This document shows, piece by piece, positions 1 through 8,955 of a stretch of DNA of 64,000 bases. The DNA comes from Bacteroidota bacterium (GTDB lineage: Bacteria; Bacteroidota; Bacteroidia; Bacteroidales; FEN-979): NCBI GenBank assembly GCA_026391795.1, contig JAPLDI010000023.1, positions 66,269 through 130,268 on the forward strand, given 5' to 3'. The notes beneath the pieces are model-generated. The model had not been told where the DNA came from and searched no databases. It was given only the letters and a program-made list of their open reading frames with translations. A program made the translations under genes and the position numbers. Position 1 is the first letter of the stretch. Every line of letters starts with the position of its first letter.

Positions 1-1
1 G

Positions 2-958
2 ATCCGCAAAATTACCTCCCGTAATGAGTTGAAGCAGTTTGTCAGGTTCCAGCTGGAGCTGTACAAAGGAAACCCCTACTGGTGCCCGCCCCTGATCTTT
101 GATGAGCTGAACACGCTGGGGAAGGACAAGAACCCGGCTTTCGAAAGCTGTGAAGCCGAATACTGGCTGGCATACAGGGAGAACAAAATCGTAGGCAGAG
201 TCGCCGGAATCATCAACTCCAAGGCCAACGAACGGTGGAACGAAAAGTTCGTGCGTTTCGAGCTTTCGAGCCTGGCGGCGATCTACAACTACCCCTATTA
301 CCCGGAGCACATGGTTAAGCTGGGATTTGCAAAAGGTGTCGACTGGGTGCATTTTGAAATGGGTATTCCGCAGGAGATCCCCGACAAGGTTACCCGTGCA
401 GCAGCGATTGCAAGGGATAAATATCATCTCCGGACGGTTCCGGCAAAAAAGGCAAAAGACTTTCTCCCCTACACGAAAAAGATGTTCCGGATGATGAATG
501 TCGCCTTCGGGGACCTATACGGCTATGCAGCACTCAATGACAGGCAGATCGACCTTTTCGTCAAGCAATATTTTGGATTTGTCAGGCCTGAATTTGTCTC
601 CCTGGTCATTGATGAGAAGGAGGATGTAATTGCTTTCGGCGTTACCACCCCGGAGATGACACATGCCCTTCAGAAGTGCAACGGGCGGCTGTTTCCCTTC
701 GGGTTCATCCACCTTTACAGGGCGCTGAAAAAGAATGATTCCATGCACATGTACCTGATCGGGGTCCGTCCCGATTACCAGGGAAGAGGTGCGCTGGCCC
801 TTGTTTATGAACAGCTGCACATTGCCTATCTCAAGCTCGGTATCGTCAGGACAACCACCCATGCCCAGCTGGAGAACAACCTCAAAGCCATCTCGATCTG
901 GAAGAATTACGATAACCGGATCTACTGCCGGCGGAGGTGCTGGGAAAAACACATCTGA
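2..958 (+). CDS. GNAT-like N-acetyltransferase family protein, 5' end off window
   Basis: The frame is open to the window edge (IRKITSRNELKQF). Motifs LYKGNPYWCPPLIFDE, NPAFE, YWLAYR, IYNYPYYPEH, GRLFPFGFIHL and RRRCW match a Bacteroidota GNAT-like family as I recall it. Confidence 0.6.
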   Translation: MRKITSRNELKQFVRFQLELYKGNPYWCPPLIFDELNTLGKDKNPAFESCEAEYWLAYRENKIVGRVAGIINSKANERWNEKFVRFELSSLAAIYNYPYYPEHMVKLGFAKGVDWVHFEMGIPQEIPDKVTRAAAIARDKYHLRTVPAKKAKDFLPYTKKMFRMMNVAFGDLYGYAALNDRQIDLFVKQYFGFVRPEFVSLVIDEKEDVIAFGVTTPEMTHALQKCNGRLFPFGFIHLYRALKKNDSMHMYLIGVRPDYQGRGALALVYEQLHIAYLKLGIVRTTTHAQLENNLKAISIWKNYDNRIYCRRRCWEKHI

Positions 959-974
959 GGTTTACGATTTTTTT

Positions 975-1050
975 GCGTCTTAGCGTCTTCGCGGTGAAAA
1001 GAAGGTTTCACAGAGGTTCACAGAGAAAATAGAGAGAACCACAGAGGAAT
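975..1050. repeat. Dispersed word-type intergenic repeat
   Basis: gcgtcttagcgtcttcgcggtgaaaag recurs at 10738-10760. It is followed by the words ttcacagag, ttcacagag and accacagag. Confidence 0.6.
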
Positions 1051-1085
1051 AATTACGAATATTATTTTTACCCCGCACCCAACCC

Positions 1086-1148
1086 CTAATGGCTAATGGC
1101 CAATGCCTAATACCCAATTTCTAATGCTCAATACCCAATACCTGACAC
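1086..1148. repeat. Degenerate heptanucleotide tandem array (CTAATGG type, 9 units)
   Basis: Units are ctaatgg, ctaatgg, ccaatgc, ctaatac, ccaattt, ctaatgc, tcaatac, ccaatac, ctgacac with strict 7-nt phasing. Confidence 0.8.
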
Positions 1149-1149
1149 C

Positions 1150-1181
1150 AAAAAAAAAGACCGCCCATTTCTGAACGGTCT
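1150..1181 (-). terminator. Rho-independent terminator of the DUF2795 gene
   Basis: On the minus strand, stem agaccg/cggtct with a 12-nt loop is followed by a run of 9 T. It lies 25 nt after the stop at 1206. Confidence 0.7.
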
Positions 1182-1205
1182 CATTTTAAACTTTAGCCAC
1201 GGACG

Positions 1206-1427
1206 TCAGTATTCGTCCTCGTGGAAGAAGAAATCATCTTTGGTTGGATAGTCGGGCCAGATGTCTTCGATCCGCTCGTAGGTCTCGCCTTCATCTTCGA
1301 TCTCCCGTAAATTCTCAATCACCTCCTGCGGCGCTCCCGAACGGATAGCCCAGTCGATCAGCTCATCCTTGGTTGCGGGCCAGGGGGCATCCTCCAGTTT
1401 CGAAGCCAATTCTAGTGTCCAGTACAT
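1206..1427 (-). CDS. DUF2795 domain protein
   Basis: 73 aa. MYWTLELASKLEDAPWPATKDELIDWAIRSGAPQEVIENL is the typical DUF2795 signature. Confidence 0.8.
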   Translation of the reverse strand: MYWTLELASKLEDAPWPATKDELIDWAIRSGAPQEVIENLREIEDEGETYERIEDIWPDYPTKDDFFFHEDEY

Positions 1428-1453
1428 GGTTGTGGTGCTATTGGTATTTTTTG

Positions 1454-1461
1454 CAAAAGTA
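1454..1461 (-). promoter_or_regulatory. Bacteroidota -7 promoter motif TACTTTTG
   Basis: Matches TAnnTTTG on the minus strand 26 nt upstream of ATG 1427. A TTG lies 21 nt further upstream. Confidence 0.45.
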
Positions 1462-1499
1462 TAAAAAAAACATTCAATACATCAACAATGTTTTTTTGT

Positions 1500-2060
1500 T
1501 TATTTTCCGGGCGCCCAAAGCGTTTCATCCGCCCCGGCATCGTGCCCTGTTTTCCTGGCAAGCACGAACAGGTAATCAGATAAACGGTTCAGGTACCTTA
1601 TTATTATCTCTTCGGGCGGGGTCGTCGCGGAAAGCCTGATTAGCGCCCGTTCTGCGCGACGACACACCGTGCGTGAAACATGGCATAACGAGGCAGGGGC
1701 GTAACCCCCGGGCAGGATGAAATGGGTGAGCTCTTTCAGCGAAAGGTTCATCTCGTCGATCTCGTTCTCAAGCAAAAGAATTTCTTCCTGCTGCAAAACG
1801 GGAAGCGTCGCGTGTTCGAGACCGGGATCCGCTGCAACCCTGGCTTCGGCCACAAAGAGGTTTTCCTGGATCCGGAGCAGTACCTTCTTGTAATGGTCCG
1901 CGATGGGCTGGTCGCGGAGCAGGCCCAGAAATGAGTTCAGCTCATCGATGGTGCCATAGGCATCCACCCGGTCGTGGCTCTTGGGCACGCGCGTCCCTCC
2001 GAGGAGAGAGGTCTCTCCGAGATCGCCGGTTTTGGTGTATATCTTTCCCTTTTCGGTCAT
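1500..2060 (-). CDS. PduO-type ATP:cob(I)alamin adenosyltransferase
   Basis: 186 aa. IYTKTGDLGETSL, DAYGTIDELNSFLG and LPGG motifs. Confidence 0.85.
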   Translation of the reverse strand: MTEKGKIYTKTGDLGETSLLGGTRVPKSHDRVDAYGTIDELNSFLGLLRDQPIADHYKKVLLRIQENLFVAEARVAADPGLEHATLPVLQQEEILLLENEIDEMNLSLKELTHFILPGGYAPASLCHVSRTVCRRAERALIRLSATTPPEEIIIRYLNRLSDYLFVLARKTGHDAGADETLWAPGK

Positions 2061-2085
2061 GTTGTCGATGTTTGGGTGATTAGAA

Positions 2086-2190
2086 GTCAGATGTCAGAGG
2101 TCAGATGTCAGAGGTCAGAGGTCAGATGTCAGAGGTCACAAGTCTGATCTCCGATCTCTGAATTTCGATCTCCGACCTCCGATATCCATC
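2086..2190. repeat. Heptamer array with two imperfectly complementary arms
   Basis: About 7 GTCAGAG/GTCAGAT units (2086-2134) followed by 5 CTCCGAT-type units (2149-2183). All are in 7-nt phase. Confidence 0.85.
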
Positions 2191-2209
2191 TTTCCGCAAA
2201 TGTAAAAAA

Positions 2210-2956
2210 TTAATCCAAAACCTTCCGGTAGTGATTGCGGATCTTCAGGAGGTCGAAAAAGATCCTGAACCCATAGGTCCAGCTGACCTTTGAGCCGCCT
2301 TTGTCGATCCATGAAGTCACCGGGAGCTCCCGTACCACCTGCTCCACTTTATCCCTTCCGCAGATCCCGATGATCCTTGCCAGGATCTCAACATCGAAGA
2401 GCCAGCGGGTGATGAACGGGGTTTGAAATACGCTTCCGGCGAGTGACCGTGTAAAGAGCTTGGCCCCGCATTGCGTATCGTATACCATCAGGTGAAGGAT
2501 GTTGGAGATGAACGTGGCAATGATCCTTCCGATCAGGTGACGGTAAAGTTTTCGTTCGATCCTGACACCAAGAATGGCCACCCTTGAACCGAAGACATAT
2601 TGCAGGGCAGGCTTTTCCTTCATCAGTGACAGGAACCGGGAGGCTTCTTCCAGCCGGGTTGCAAGATCAGCATCAAAATACCCGAAGTAGTCACTTATAT
2701 AATGATCCATGGCCATGATCATACCAGCCCGCACAGCTTCTGCCTTTCCCTTGTTCGTTGGCAGGTTGCAGACCAGGATCCGTTCAGGATATTTCTCATA
2801 AAGGGAGCCGAGCATCTTCATCGTGTCGTCTGAACTTCCGTCATTCACAAGACAAAAGCAGGTTTCCTGGTCATGGCTGAGAAATTCAAGGAATTCATCC
2901 AGGGGAAACCTTCCGGCTTCATTGTAATAAGGTATGATGATGCAGATCGGGTTCAT
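2210..2956 (-). CDS. GT2 polyprenyl-phosphate glycosyltransferase (GtrB/ArnC-like)
   Basis: 248 aa. IIIPYYNE, VNDGSSDDT and FDADLAT (DxD) motifs. Confidence 0.8.
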   Translation of the reverse strand: MNPICIIIPYYNEAGRFPLDEFLEFLSHDQETCFCLVNDGSSDDTMKMLGSLYEKYPERILVCNLPTNKGKAEAVRAGMIMAMDHYISDYFGYFDADLATRLEEASRFLSLMKEKPALQYVFGSRVAILGVRIERKLYRHLIGRIIATFISNILHLMVYDTQCGAKLFTRSLAGSVFQTPFITRWLFDVEILARIIGICGRDKVEQVVRELPVTSWIDKGGSKVSWTYGFRIFFDLLKIRNHYRKVLD

Positions 2957-2967
2957 GGTTACTATTT

Positions 2968-4527
2968 TTATTTCAGTTTCCAGGCCGAACAGATCTCACT
3001 GTTCAGAACTGTGATGGAAAATATCTTTTTCTCCTTCGGATAGGGATAATCCTGCGGATGCCAGCGGTAATTGCTTATGAAATAATCAGCCCGGGCATCC
3101 GACTCAACAAGACGGATCCGTTTCCGGACTTCCGGTCTGAGGATCATAAGGTTGTGCTCGCCGGCGAGGTTGCCCACCCGGATGTTCAGCACCTCGGAAG
3201 AGTCGCGGGCCGCAATAAATTCGAAAGCTTTCCGGTAGGAGGTTCCCCAGTAATCGAGTTCAAAGGCCTTCCGGAGATACTGGTCATTTCTCGACAGTAA
3301 ATTGTTGAAGTATACATCCTCATAAGGATGGCTTTTGATCATCCGCGAACCGGTAACGCCGAAGGAGATGATAAAAATGAGGGTCACCGCCCCTGTTATC
3401 AACAGGTCGCCGGTAAAAAGTTCGGAATAGACAAGCGAGTAAATGGCATAGACTGCCAGCAGGAGAAATGCGGGGTAGATAAAATACATCTGCCTCCAGG
3501 AGTCGTACAGTACGGAGTGCAAACCAATCACGGCAATCACCGGACCGGCGAAGCATGCCAGGTAAATCAGCTGGTTCCGTTTGACCGGATTCCTGATATA
3601 ATCAGCCGGTTTCCTCAGGAAATGAATGACGAGGGCAACAATTCCTGAGATCCCGAAAAAGAGATAGACCAGCGGTGTTGTATATCCAAACCATTGCGGC
3701 AGGTATTTCCAGCTGACCTTCGAAGCCCTTACAAAATCACCATTCATAAGCACATTATTGTCCCACCTGAATTTCGACATGTCGACAAATGCAATATGGA
3801 AACGCCCAACGGGATCTTCCCAGAGCCATGGCCAGGTTGCCACCACCACTGCGGCTGTTACGAAAAGATAGAGGATATACCGGTTAAATGTCTTTTTCCG
3901 GTTCTTTGTAAAGGTTATATCGATAAGAGCCAGCCCCGTCACCACGGCAGGGATCACGATTCCCATGATCCGGATATTGATGAGAAGTCCGCTCAGGATG
4001 CCGAAGATCACGAAATGCCGGATTTTCTTATCCCGGAAGGCGATGGCACAGGCCAGGAAACAGAGGATGAACATGCACATGAAAGGAATGTCTTTGCTGT
4101 TGAAAAAGGATTGCGCATAGATCCTCGGGGTGATCATAAGCATAAGATACCCGGTAAGTGCAAGCCACCGGTTCCGGTAAAGGGTCCAGATCAGCAAATA
4201 GAATGCGAAGGCACTCAAAAGGAAGAACAGGTGAACGGCCCGATGGCGCATCAGGAATATATTCCGCGTATCTTTCAGCCCCATTGATTTTTCAAGGAAG
4301 AGGAGGGAGAGTTCGACTGCCACTCCGTAATCGCGGTTTTTAAAGTCGTTCAGCGTCCTGTCGCCGTTGAACACGTAATTGTAGGTCCGCAGCCCGATAT
4401 CCCGCTGCAGCGGCTCATCCCAGGCAATCCCGTAATCGCCGGAAACCATCAGTCCCAGCAGCAAACTGAAGGCAAAAATGATGCCTGCTGCTTTATGGTT
4501 CTTCAGGAACTGGATCAGGGTTGTCAT
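2968..4527 (-). CDS. GT-C fold membrane glycosyltransferase (ArnT/PMT-like)
   Basis: 519 aa and polytopic, with an early AWDEP loop motif. It lies 11 nt upstream of the GT2 gene. Confidence 0.6.
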   Translation of the reverse strand: MTTLIQFLKNHKAAGIIFAFSLLLGLMVSGDYGIAWDEPLQRDIGLRTYNYVFNGDRTLNDFKNRDYGVAVELSLLFLEKSMGLKDTRNIFLMRHRAVHLFFLLSAFAFYLLIWTLYRNRWLALTGYLMLMITPRIYAQSFFNSKDIPFMCMFILCFLACAIAFRDKKIRHFVIFGILSGLLINIRIMGIVIPAVVTGLALIDITFTKNRKKTFNRYILYLFVTAAVVVATWPWLWEDPVGRFHIAFVDMSKFRWDNNVLMNGDFVRASKVSWKYLPQWFGYTTPLVYLFFGISGIVALVIHFLRKPADYIRNPVKRNQLIYLACFAGPVIAVIGLHSVLYDSWRQMYFIYPAFLLLAVYAIYSLVYSELFTGDLLITGAVTLIFIISFGVTGSRMIKSHPYEDVYFNNLLSRNDQYLRKAFELDYWGTSYRKAFEFIAARDSSEVLNIRVGNLAGEHNLMILRPEVRKRIRLVESDARADYFISNYRWHPQDYPYPKEKKIFSITVLNSEICSAWKLK

Positions 4528-4639
4528 CAGGATTGAACTTCAGAATTCAGGCGGAAAATTAAGAAAAATTAGTGAGACTGGGGTTTCTGTTCCATATCGA
4601 TGCTTCGTGATTCTTTACGGTTTATTCCTCTTTTTGGAT

Positions 4640-4647
4640 TAGATTTG
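4640..4647 (+). promoter_or_regulatory. -7 promoter motif TAGATTTG
   Basis: Matches TAnnTTTG 15 nt upstream of ATG 4663. Confidence 0.35.
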
Positions 4648-4662
4648 TAAAAAATTCGGGCC

Positions 4663-5187
4663 ATGGAGGAATTTCTTTTTTCGCTTCTGAAGATTATCGT
4701 AGCAGTTTTGTTATCGCTTGTTTCCGCACTGGTCATCCTGCGGTATTATTTTGCGTTTAAAAAACAACCGCTGCCTGTTTCTTCACAGGATGAACAACAG
4801 AGGATTCTGCTTCCCCTGCGTCTGCAGGCCTGCGAACGGATCGTCCTTTTTCTCGACCGGATCGCCATCAACAACCTGATCATGCGGATCAACCGGCCCG
4901 AGATGAGAGCCCTCCAGCTTCAGGCTGCCCTTGTCGGCGCCATCCGCGAGGAGTTTGAATATAACCTTTCCCAGCAGCTCTACATCTCCACCAAAGCCTG
5001 GGGACTGGTCAGGAATGCAAAAGAGGAGACCATCCGGCTGATAAACACGGCCTCGATGAAGGTGCCTGAAAATGCATCCTCTTCCGAGATGGTTAGGATC
5101 CTGCTTGACCTGGTGCTGGCCGAAGAAAAATCAGCCGTGGAGATTGCAATGGAAGAGGTGAAAAAAGAGATCCGGAAGAGTTTTTAA
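4663..5187 (+). CDS. Hypothetical membrane-anchored protein
   Basis: 174 aa with one N-terminal TM helix and a helical remainder. No family recognised. Confidence 0.5.
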   Translation: MEEFLFSLLKIIVAVLLSLVSALVILRYYFAFKKQPLPVSSQDEQQRILLPLRLQACERIVLFLDRIAINNLIMRINRPEMRALQLQAALVGAIREEFEYNLSQQLYISTKAWGLVRNAKEETIRLINTASMKVPENASSSEMVRILLDLVLAEEKSAVEIAMEEVKKEIRKSF

Positions 5188-5194
5188 TACTTCT

Positions 5195-5908
5195 TTATTT
5201 TTCTTTCCTGAACTTTTGCTTCTGATCCGGTGTCATCTTTTCGGTGGCATACTGAAAGATGAGGCGCGGTGCCGTGTTCTTGTATTTAAGCAGGAAAGGT
5301 TCGACCTGGCCGGGTTGTTTTTTCCATGCCTCTCGCAGGAACCAGCCCAGTCCCTGGTGAACCTCCCTCTCGGGATCCATCATCATCGGCTCGATAAAAA
5401 CCAGGAAAGGCTTGTAATCAGTTGTTGTTTTGAGTTTCTTGATCAGGGAAACCGGGACCGCCCTGCGCTGGAACTTGCTTTTCGCATTTCTCCACGTTGC
5501 AAGATCGGTGTAGGTTATGATCCCTTTTTTGAAGAATACGCTGATGATCTCGCTGCAGGTGAAATCGGTGTGTCCCCAGTTGGTGATCCCGGTTTCAAAC
5601 CAATGCCCCAGCTCCTCAAAGATCTCTTTCGTATATTGCTTTGAAAAGGACATTAACAGGCGAAGCGCAAAACTGGTCTCCTCGTATTTGCCGGTCTTAA
5701 GTAGCAGGGGAGCCGTGCTAAGAACAAGAGGCAGGTCGACGCCCTGGCTCTCGACAAGCATTTTTACCTTCGCCTCATTCTGTTGCTGGGTCAGTCCGTA
5801 TGCATCGTACCCTTCCTTGAAATAGCGGGAATATTTCTGAACGATGGCCTCATCGGCATTGGCGATGCAGTAGGCACGGATATCGTTGAAAAGGTCGGAG
5901 GGTTTCAT
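5195..5908 (-). CDS. DNA alkylation repair protein (AlkD-like HEAT repeats)
   Basis: 237 aa. The N-terminus IRAYCIANADEAIVQKYSRYFKEGYDAYGL is typical of the family. Confidence 0.7.
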   Translation of the reverse strand: MKPSDLFNDIRAYCIANADEAIVQKYSRYFKEGYDAYGLTQQQNEAKVKMLVESQGVDLPLVLSTAPLLLKTGKYEETSFALRLLMSFSKQYTKEIFEELGHWFETGITNWGHTDFTCSEIISVFFKKGIITYTDLATWRNAKSKFQRRAVPVSLIKKLKTTTDYKPFLVFIEPMMMDPEREVHQGLGWFLREAWKKQPGQVEPFLLKYKNTAPRLIFQYATEKMTPDQKQKFRKEK

Positions 5909-5960
5909 TATTCGTAATCTGTTTTGAACTATGTTTTATTGCAGAAAAGATTTTTTTAAC

Positions 5961-6045
5961 CACGAAGGCACACAAAGGATTTCACAAAGGCACCCAAAGA
6001 AATTAATTCGTAATTCGTAATTCCTAATCCCTAATTCGTAATTAT
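5961..6045. repeat. Word repeat (cacgaagg/cacaaagg) plus TAATTCG heptamer array
   Basis: cacgaaggcacacaaaggatttcacaaaggcacccaaag is followed by taattcg, taattcg, taattcc, taatccc, taattcg, taattat (6004-6045), which runs into the alaS stop. Confidence 0.8.
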
Positions 6046-8708
6046 TTTAACAGGGCTTCTGCTTTAAGCAATGCTGCCGGTATTCCTGCCGGGTTCTTCC
6101 CGCCAGCCGTGGCAATGTGTGGCTGACCGCCACCGCCGCCCTGGATCTCTTTTGCCAGTTCACGGATGATGGTGGCTGCGTTGTAGCCCTTCTCTTTGAC
6201 GAGGTTTTCAGAGATCATCACGGTAAGGTTTGCCTTCCCCTCATTCTCCGAAGCCAGTACAAGAAAGAGGTTGTCGATCGTCTTGCCCAGGTCAAACGCA
6301 AGCTCCTTTGCGGCATCCGCACCCAGCTCCACTTTTTCGGCCAGGAAATTAATGTCACCCCGGTTTTGTATCCTGGAGGCAAGTGCCTCACGGATCTCGT
6401 TAAGCTTCAGCTTCTCAAACCCGGCTGCCACCTTTTTCAGTTCCTGGTTCTCTTCCAGCAGGTTTTTCACTCCCCTTACCAGGTCTTTCGGATTCTTCAG
6501 CATCTCACTGACTTCTTCCAGCAGGGCAATCCGTTCCGTATAATATTCCAGTGCCTTTTCCCCGGTAATGGCTTCGATCCTGCGGATCCCTGCGGCAATG
6601 GCGCCTTCCGAAACGATCTTTACGAGCCCGATCTGCCCCGTGGAAGGGACATGGGTGCCGCCACAGAGTTCGATGGAAAAGCTCCGGTCAAAGACGACAA
6701 CCCTCACGGTATCGCCGTATTTTTCACCAAAAAGGGCCATAGCTCCCATCTCTTTTGCCATCTCAATGGGCATCGACCGATCTTCTATAAGTTCAACGTT
6801 TTCCCATATTTTCCGGTTTACAATCTCCTCCACCTTCCGGATCTCTTCGTCGGTCACCTTTGCAAAATGAGTGAAGTCGAACCGGAGATGATCTTCATCC
6901 ACCAGCGATCCTTTCTGTTCCACATGGGTACCGAGTACCTGCCTGAGTGCAGCATGGAGCAGGTGTGTGGCGCTGTGGTTGTTGGCAGTGGATCTTCTTT
7001 TGGAGGCGTCGACCGTTGCCGTCACTGGAAGCGATACCTCTTCCGGCAGGGATTTCATAACATGGATGATAAGGTCATGTTCCCGGAAAGTGTTCGTTAC
7101 CTCATACCTCTTTTCCCCGGATTCCAGCCATCCCCGGTCGCCCACCTGTCCGCCCGATTCGGCATAAAACGGGGTCTGGTCGAGAACGGCATGGAAAAAT
7201 TCCCCCTCTTTTGATGTCACTTTCCGGTAGCGGACAATCCCGGTTTCACACGAAAGGGTATCATACCCGACAAACGTGTTTCCTAACGATTCGCTGTTCA
7301 GGATCACCCAGTCGGCGGTATCCACCTGTGCAGCCTGTCGCGAGCGTGATTTCTGATCGGCCAGTCCTTTGCTGAATCCTTCCATGTCGACTTCCCATCC
7401 GGCTTCGTTTGCCATCAGCCGGGTAAGGTCGATAGGAAAGCCATAGGTATCGTATAGTTCGAAAGCGAAAGCGCCGTCGATGACAGGTTTTGAAGGATGT
7501 GGGATGTGGGATTTGGGATGTGGGATATCGGTTGCAACTTTTTTGTTGGACTCAAGATACGCATTAAATTTCTGGATGCCGGTGGCGAGGGTCCGCAGGA
7601 AGGCGGTCTCTTCTTCCCGGATCACATTCACCACCAGCTCTTTTTGTTTTTTCAGTTCGGGAAATACCTCTCCCAGTTGATCAACAAGAACGGGAACAAA
7701 TTCGTGGATAAAGGGATCCTTCAGGTCAAGGAATGTATAGCCATACCTCACGGCCCGGCGAAGGATTCTTCGTATCACGTAACCGGCTTTTACATTTGAG
7801 GGTAGCTGTCCGTCGGTAATGGCAAAAGCGATGGCACGCAGGTGATCGGCAATCACACGCATGGCGACGTCAGCCTTCGGATCTGTTCCGTAGGGAATCC
7901 CCGATTTCTGGGGGATGGCCCCGATCAGCGGCTGGAAAACGTCGGTGTCGTAATTCGATTTCTTTTTCTGCATCACCATGCAAAGGCGTTCAAAGCCCAT
8001 CCCGGTGTCAACATGCTTAGCAGGCAGGGGAACCAGCTGCCCGTTAGAAAGGCGGTTGAATTCAATGAAAACGAGGTTCCATACCTCGATGACCAGCGGG
8101 TTTCCTTTGTTAACCAGTTCGCTGCCCGGAACTTTCTTCCGTTCACGATCGTCCCGGATGTCGACATGGATCTCTGAACAGGGTCCGCAGGGGCCGGTAT
8201 CTCCCATCTCCCAGAAATTGTCTTTCCGGGAACCCAGGAGGATACGCTCTTCGGGGATCCATAACTTCCAGAAATCGTAAGCTTCCTGGTCTTTCGCCAG
8301 TCCGTCGGCTGCGTCGCCTTCAAAAACAGTGACATACAAACGGCTCTTGTCGATCTTATAAACTTCCGTAAGCAATTCCCATCCCCATTCAATCGCATCC
8401 TTTTTGAAATAATCGCCAAATGACCAGTTCCCCAGCATCTCAAACATGGTATGGTGGTATGTATCGTGTCCCACCTCTTCCAGGTCGTTGTGTTTGCCCG
8501 AAACCCGGAGGCATTTCTGGGTATCGGCAACACGCGTGTATTTTGCCTCTTTATTGCCAAGGAAGATGTCTTTGAACTGGTTCATTCCCGCATTGGTAAA
8601 CATGAGGGTAGGATCATCCTTTATCACCATGGGTGCAGAAGGAATGATGGTATGCTCTTTCGATCTGAAATAATCAAGGAAGGTCTGGCGTACAGTTTGA
8701 GAATTCAT
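6042..8708 (-). CDS. alaS: Alanine--tRNA ligase
   Basis: 888 aa. FTNAGMNQFK, GHDTYHHTMFEMLGNWSFGDYFK, the editing-domain HSATHLLH and CGGTH, and the C-terminal GGGGG. Confidence 0.97.
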   Translation of the reverse strand: MNSQTVRQTFLDYFRSKEHTIIPSAPMVIKDDPTLMFTNAGMNQFKDIFLGNKEAKYTRVADTQKCLRVSGKHNDLEEVGHDTYHHTMFEMLGNWSFGDYFKKDAIEWGWELLTEVYKIDKSRLYVTVFEGDAADGLAKDQEAYDFWKLWIPEERILLGSRKDNFWEMGDTGPCGPCSEIHVDIRDDRERKKVPGSELVNKGNPLVIEVWNLVFIEFNRLSNGQLVPLPAKHVDTGMGFERLCMVMQKKKSNYDTDVFQPLIGAIPQKSGIPYGTDPKADVAMRVIADHLRAIAFAITDGQLPSNVKAGYVIRRILRRAVRYGYTFLDLKDPFIHEFVPVLVDQLGEVFPELKKQKELVVNVIREEETAFLRTLATGIQKFNAYLESNKKVATDIPHPKSHIPHPSKPVIDGAFAFELYDTYGFPIDLTRLMANEAGWEVDMEGFSKGLADQKSRSRQAAQVDTADWVILNSESLGNTFVGYDTLSCETGIVRYRKVTSKEGEFFHAVLDQTPFYAESGGQVGDRGWLESGEKRYEVTNTFREHDLIIHVMKSLPEEVSLPVTATVDASKRRSTANNHSATHLLHAALRQVLGTHVEQKGSLVDEDHLRFDFTHFAKVTDEEIRKVEEIVNRKIWENVELIEDRSMPIEMAKEMGAMALFGEKYGDTVRVVVFDRSFSIELCGGTHVPSTGQIGLVKIVSEGAIAAGIRRIEAITGEKALEYYTERIALLEEVSEMLKNPKDLVRGVKNLLEENQELKKVAAGFEKLKLNEIREALASRIQNRGDINFLAEKVELGADAAKELAFDLGKTIDNLFLVLASENEGKANLTVMISENLVKEKGYNAATIIRELAKEIQGGGGGQPHIATAGGKNPAGIPAALLKAEALLK
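7495..7529. repeat. In-frame heptamer array inside alaS
   Basis: Units ggatgtg, ggatgtg, ggatttg, ggatgtg, ggatatc. On the coding strand they encode DIPHPKSHIPHP. Confidence 0.85.
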
Positions 8709-8901
8709 CTAACAACAGCGTTATTCGTGAGACAACTATTTTTTGAACGTAGTGAAAGAAAATCACGGTCCCTGGTTCCACAGGATCAGGAGGGTCAAGA
8801 CCCTTATCCTTTGCGGCGGAGATCATGAACCATGCGATCATGTGTTAACAATCTTTAACACTCTCCGGACAATAAACACCTGCAAAGTTACTTTATTTAC
8901 T

Positions 8902-8909
8902 TAATTTTG
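8902..8909 (+). promoter_or_regulatory. -7 promoter motif TAATTTTG
   Basis: Matches TAnnTTTG 46 nt upstream of ATG 8956. Confidence 0.4.
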
Positions 8910-8955
8910 CGATCGCTATACAATTCGACCCCAATATTTCTTTATTTAGCTTTTA

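Noticed and set aside
2086-2190. Heptamer arrays considered as CRISPR arrays (this locus and the similar ones).
   Set aside because: The units are 7-9 nt with no spacers, and no cas genes are present. They are not CRISPR.
6117-7214. 365-aa plus-strand ORF, together with the other antisense ORFs across 6.1-8.8 kb.
   Set aside because: They are antisense to alaS, whose identity is unambiguous, and they have no recognisable domains.
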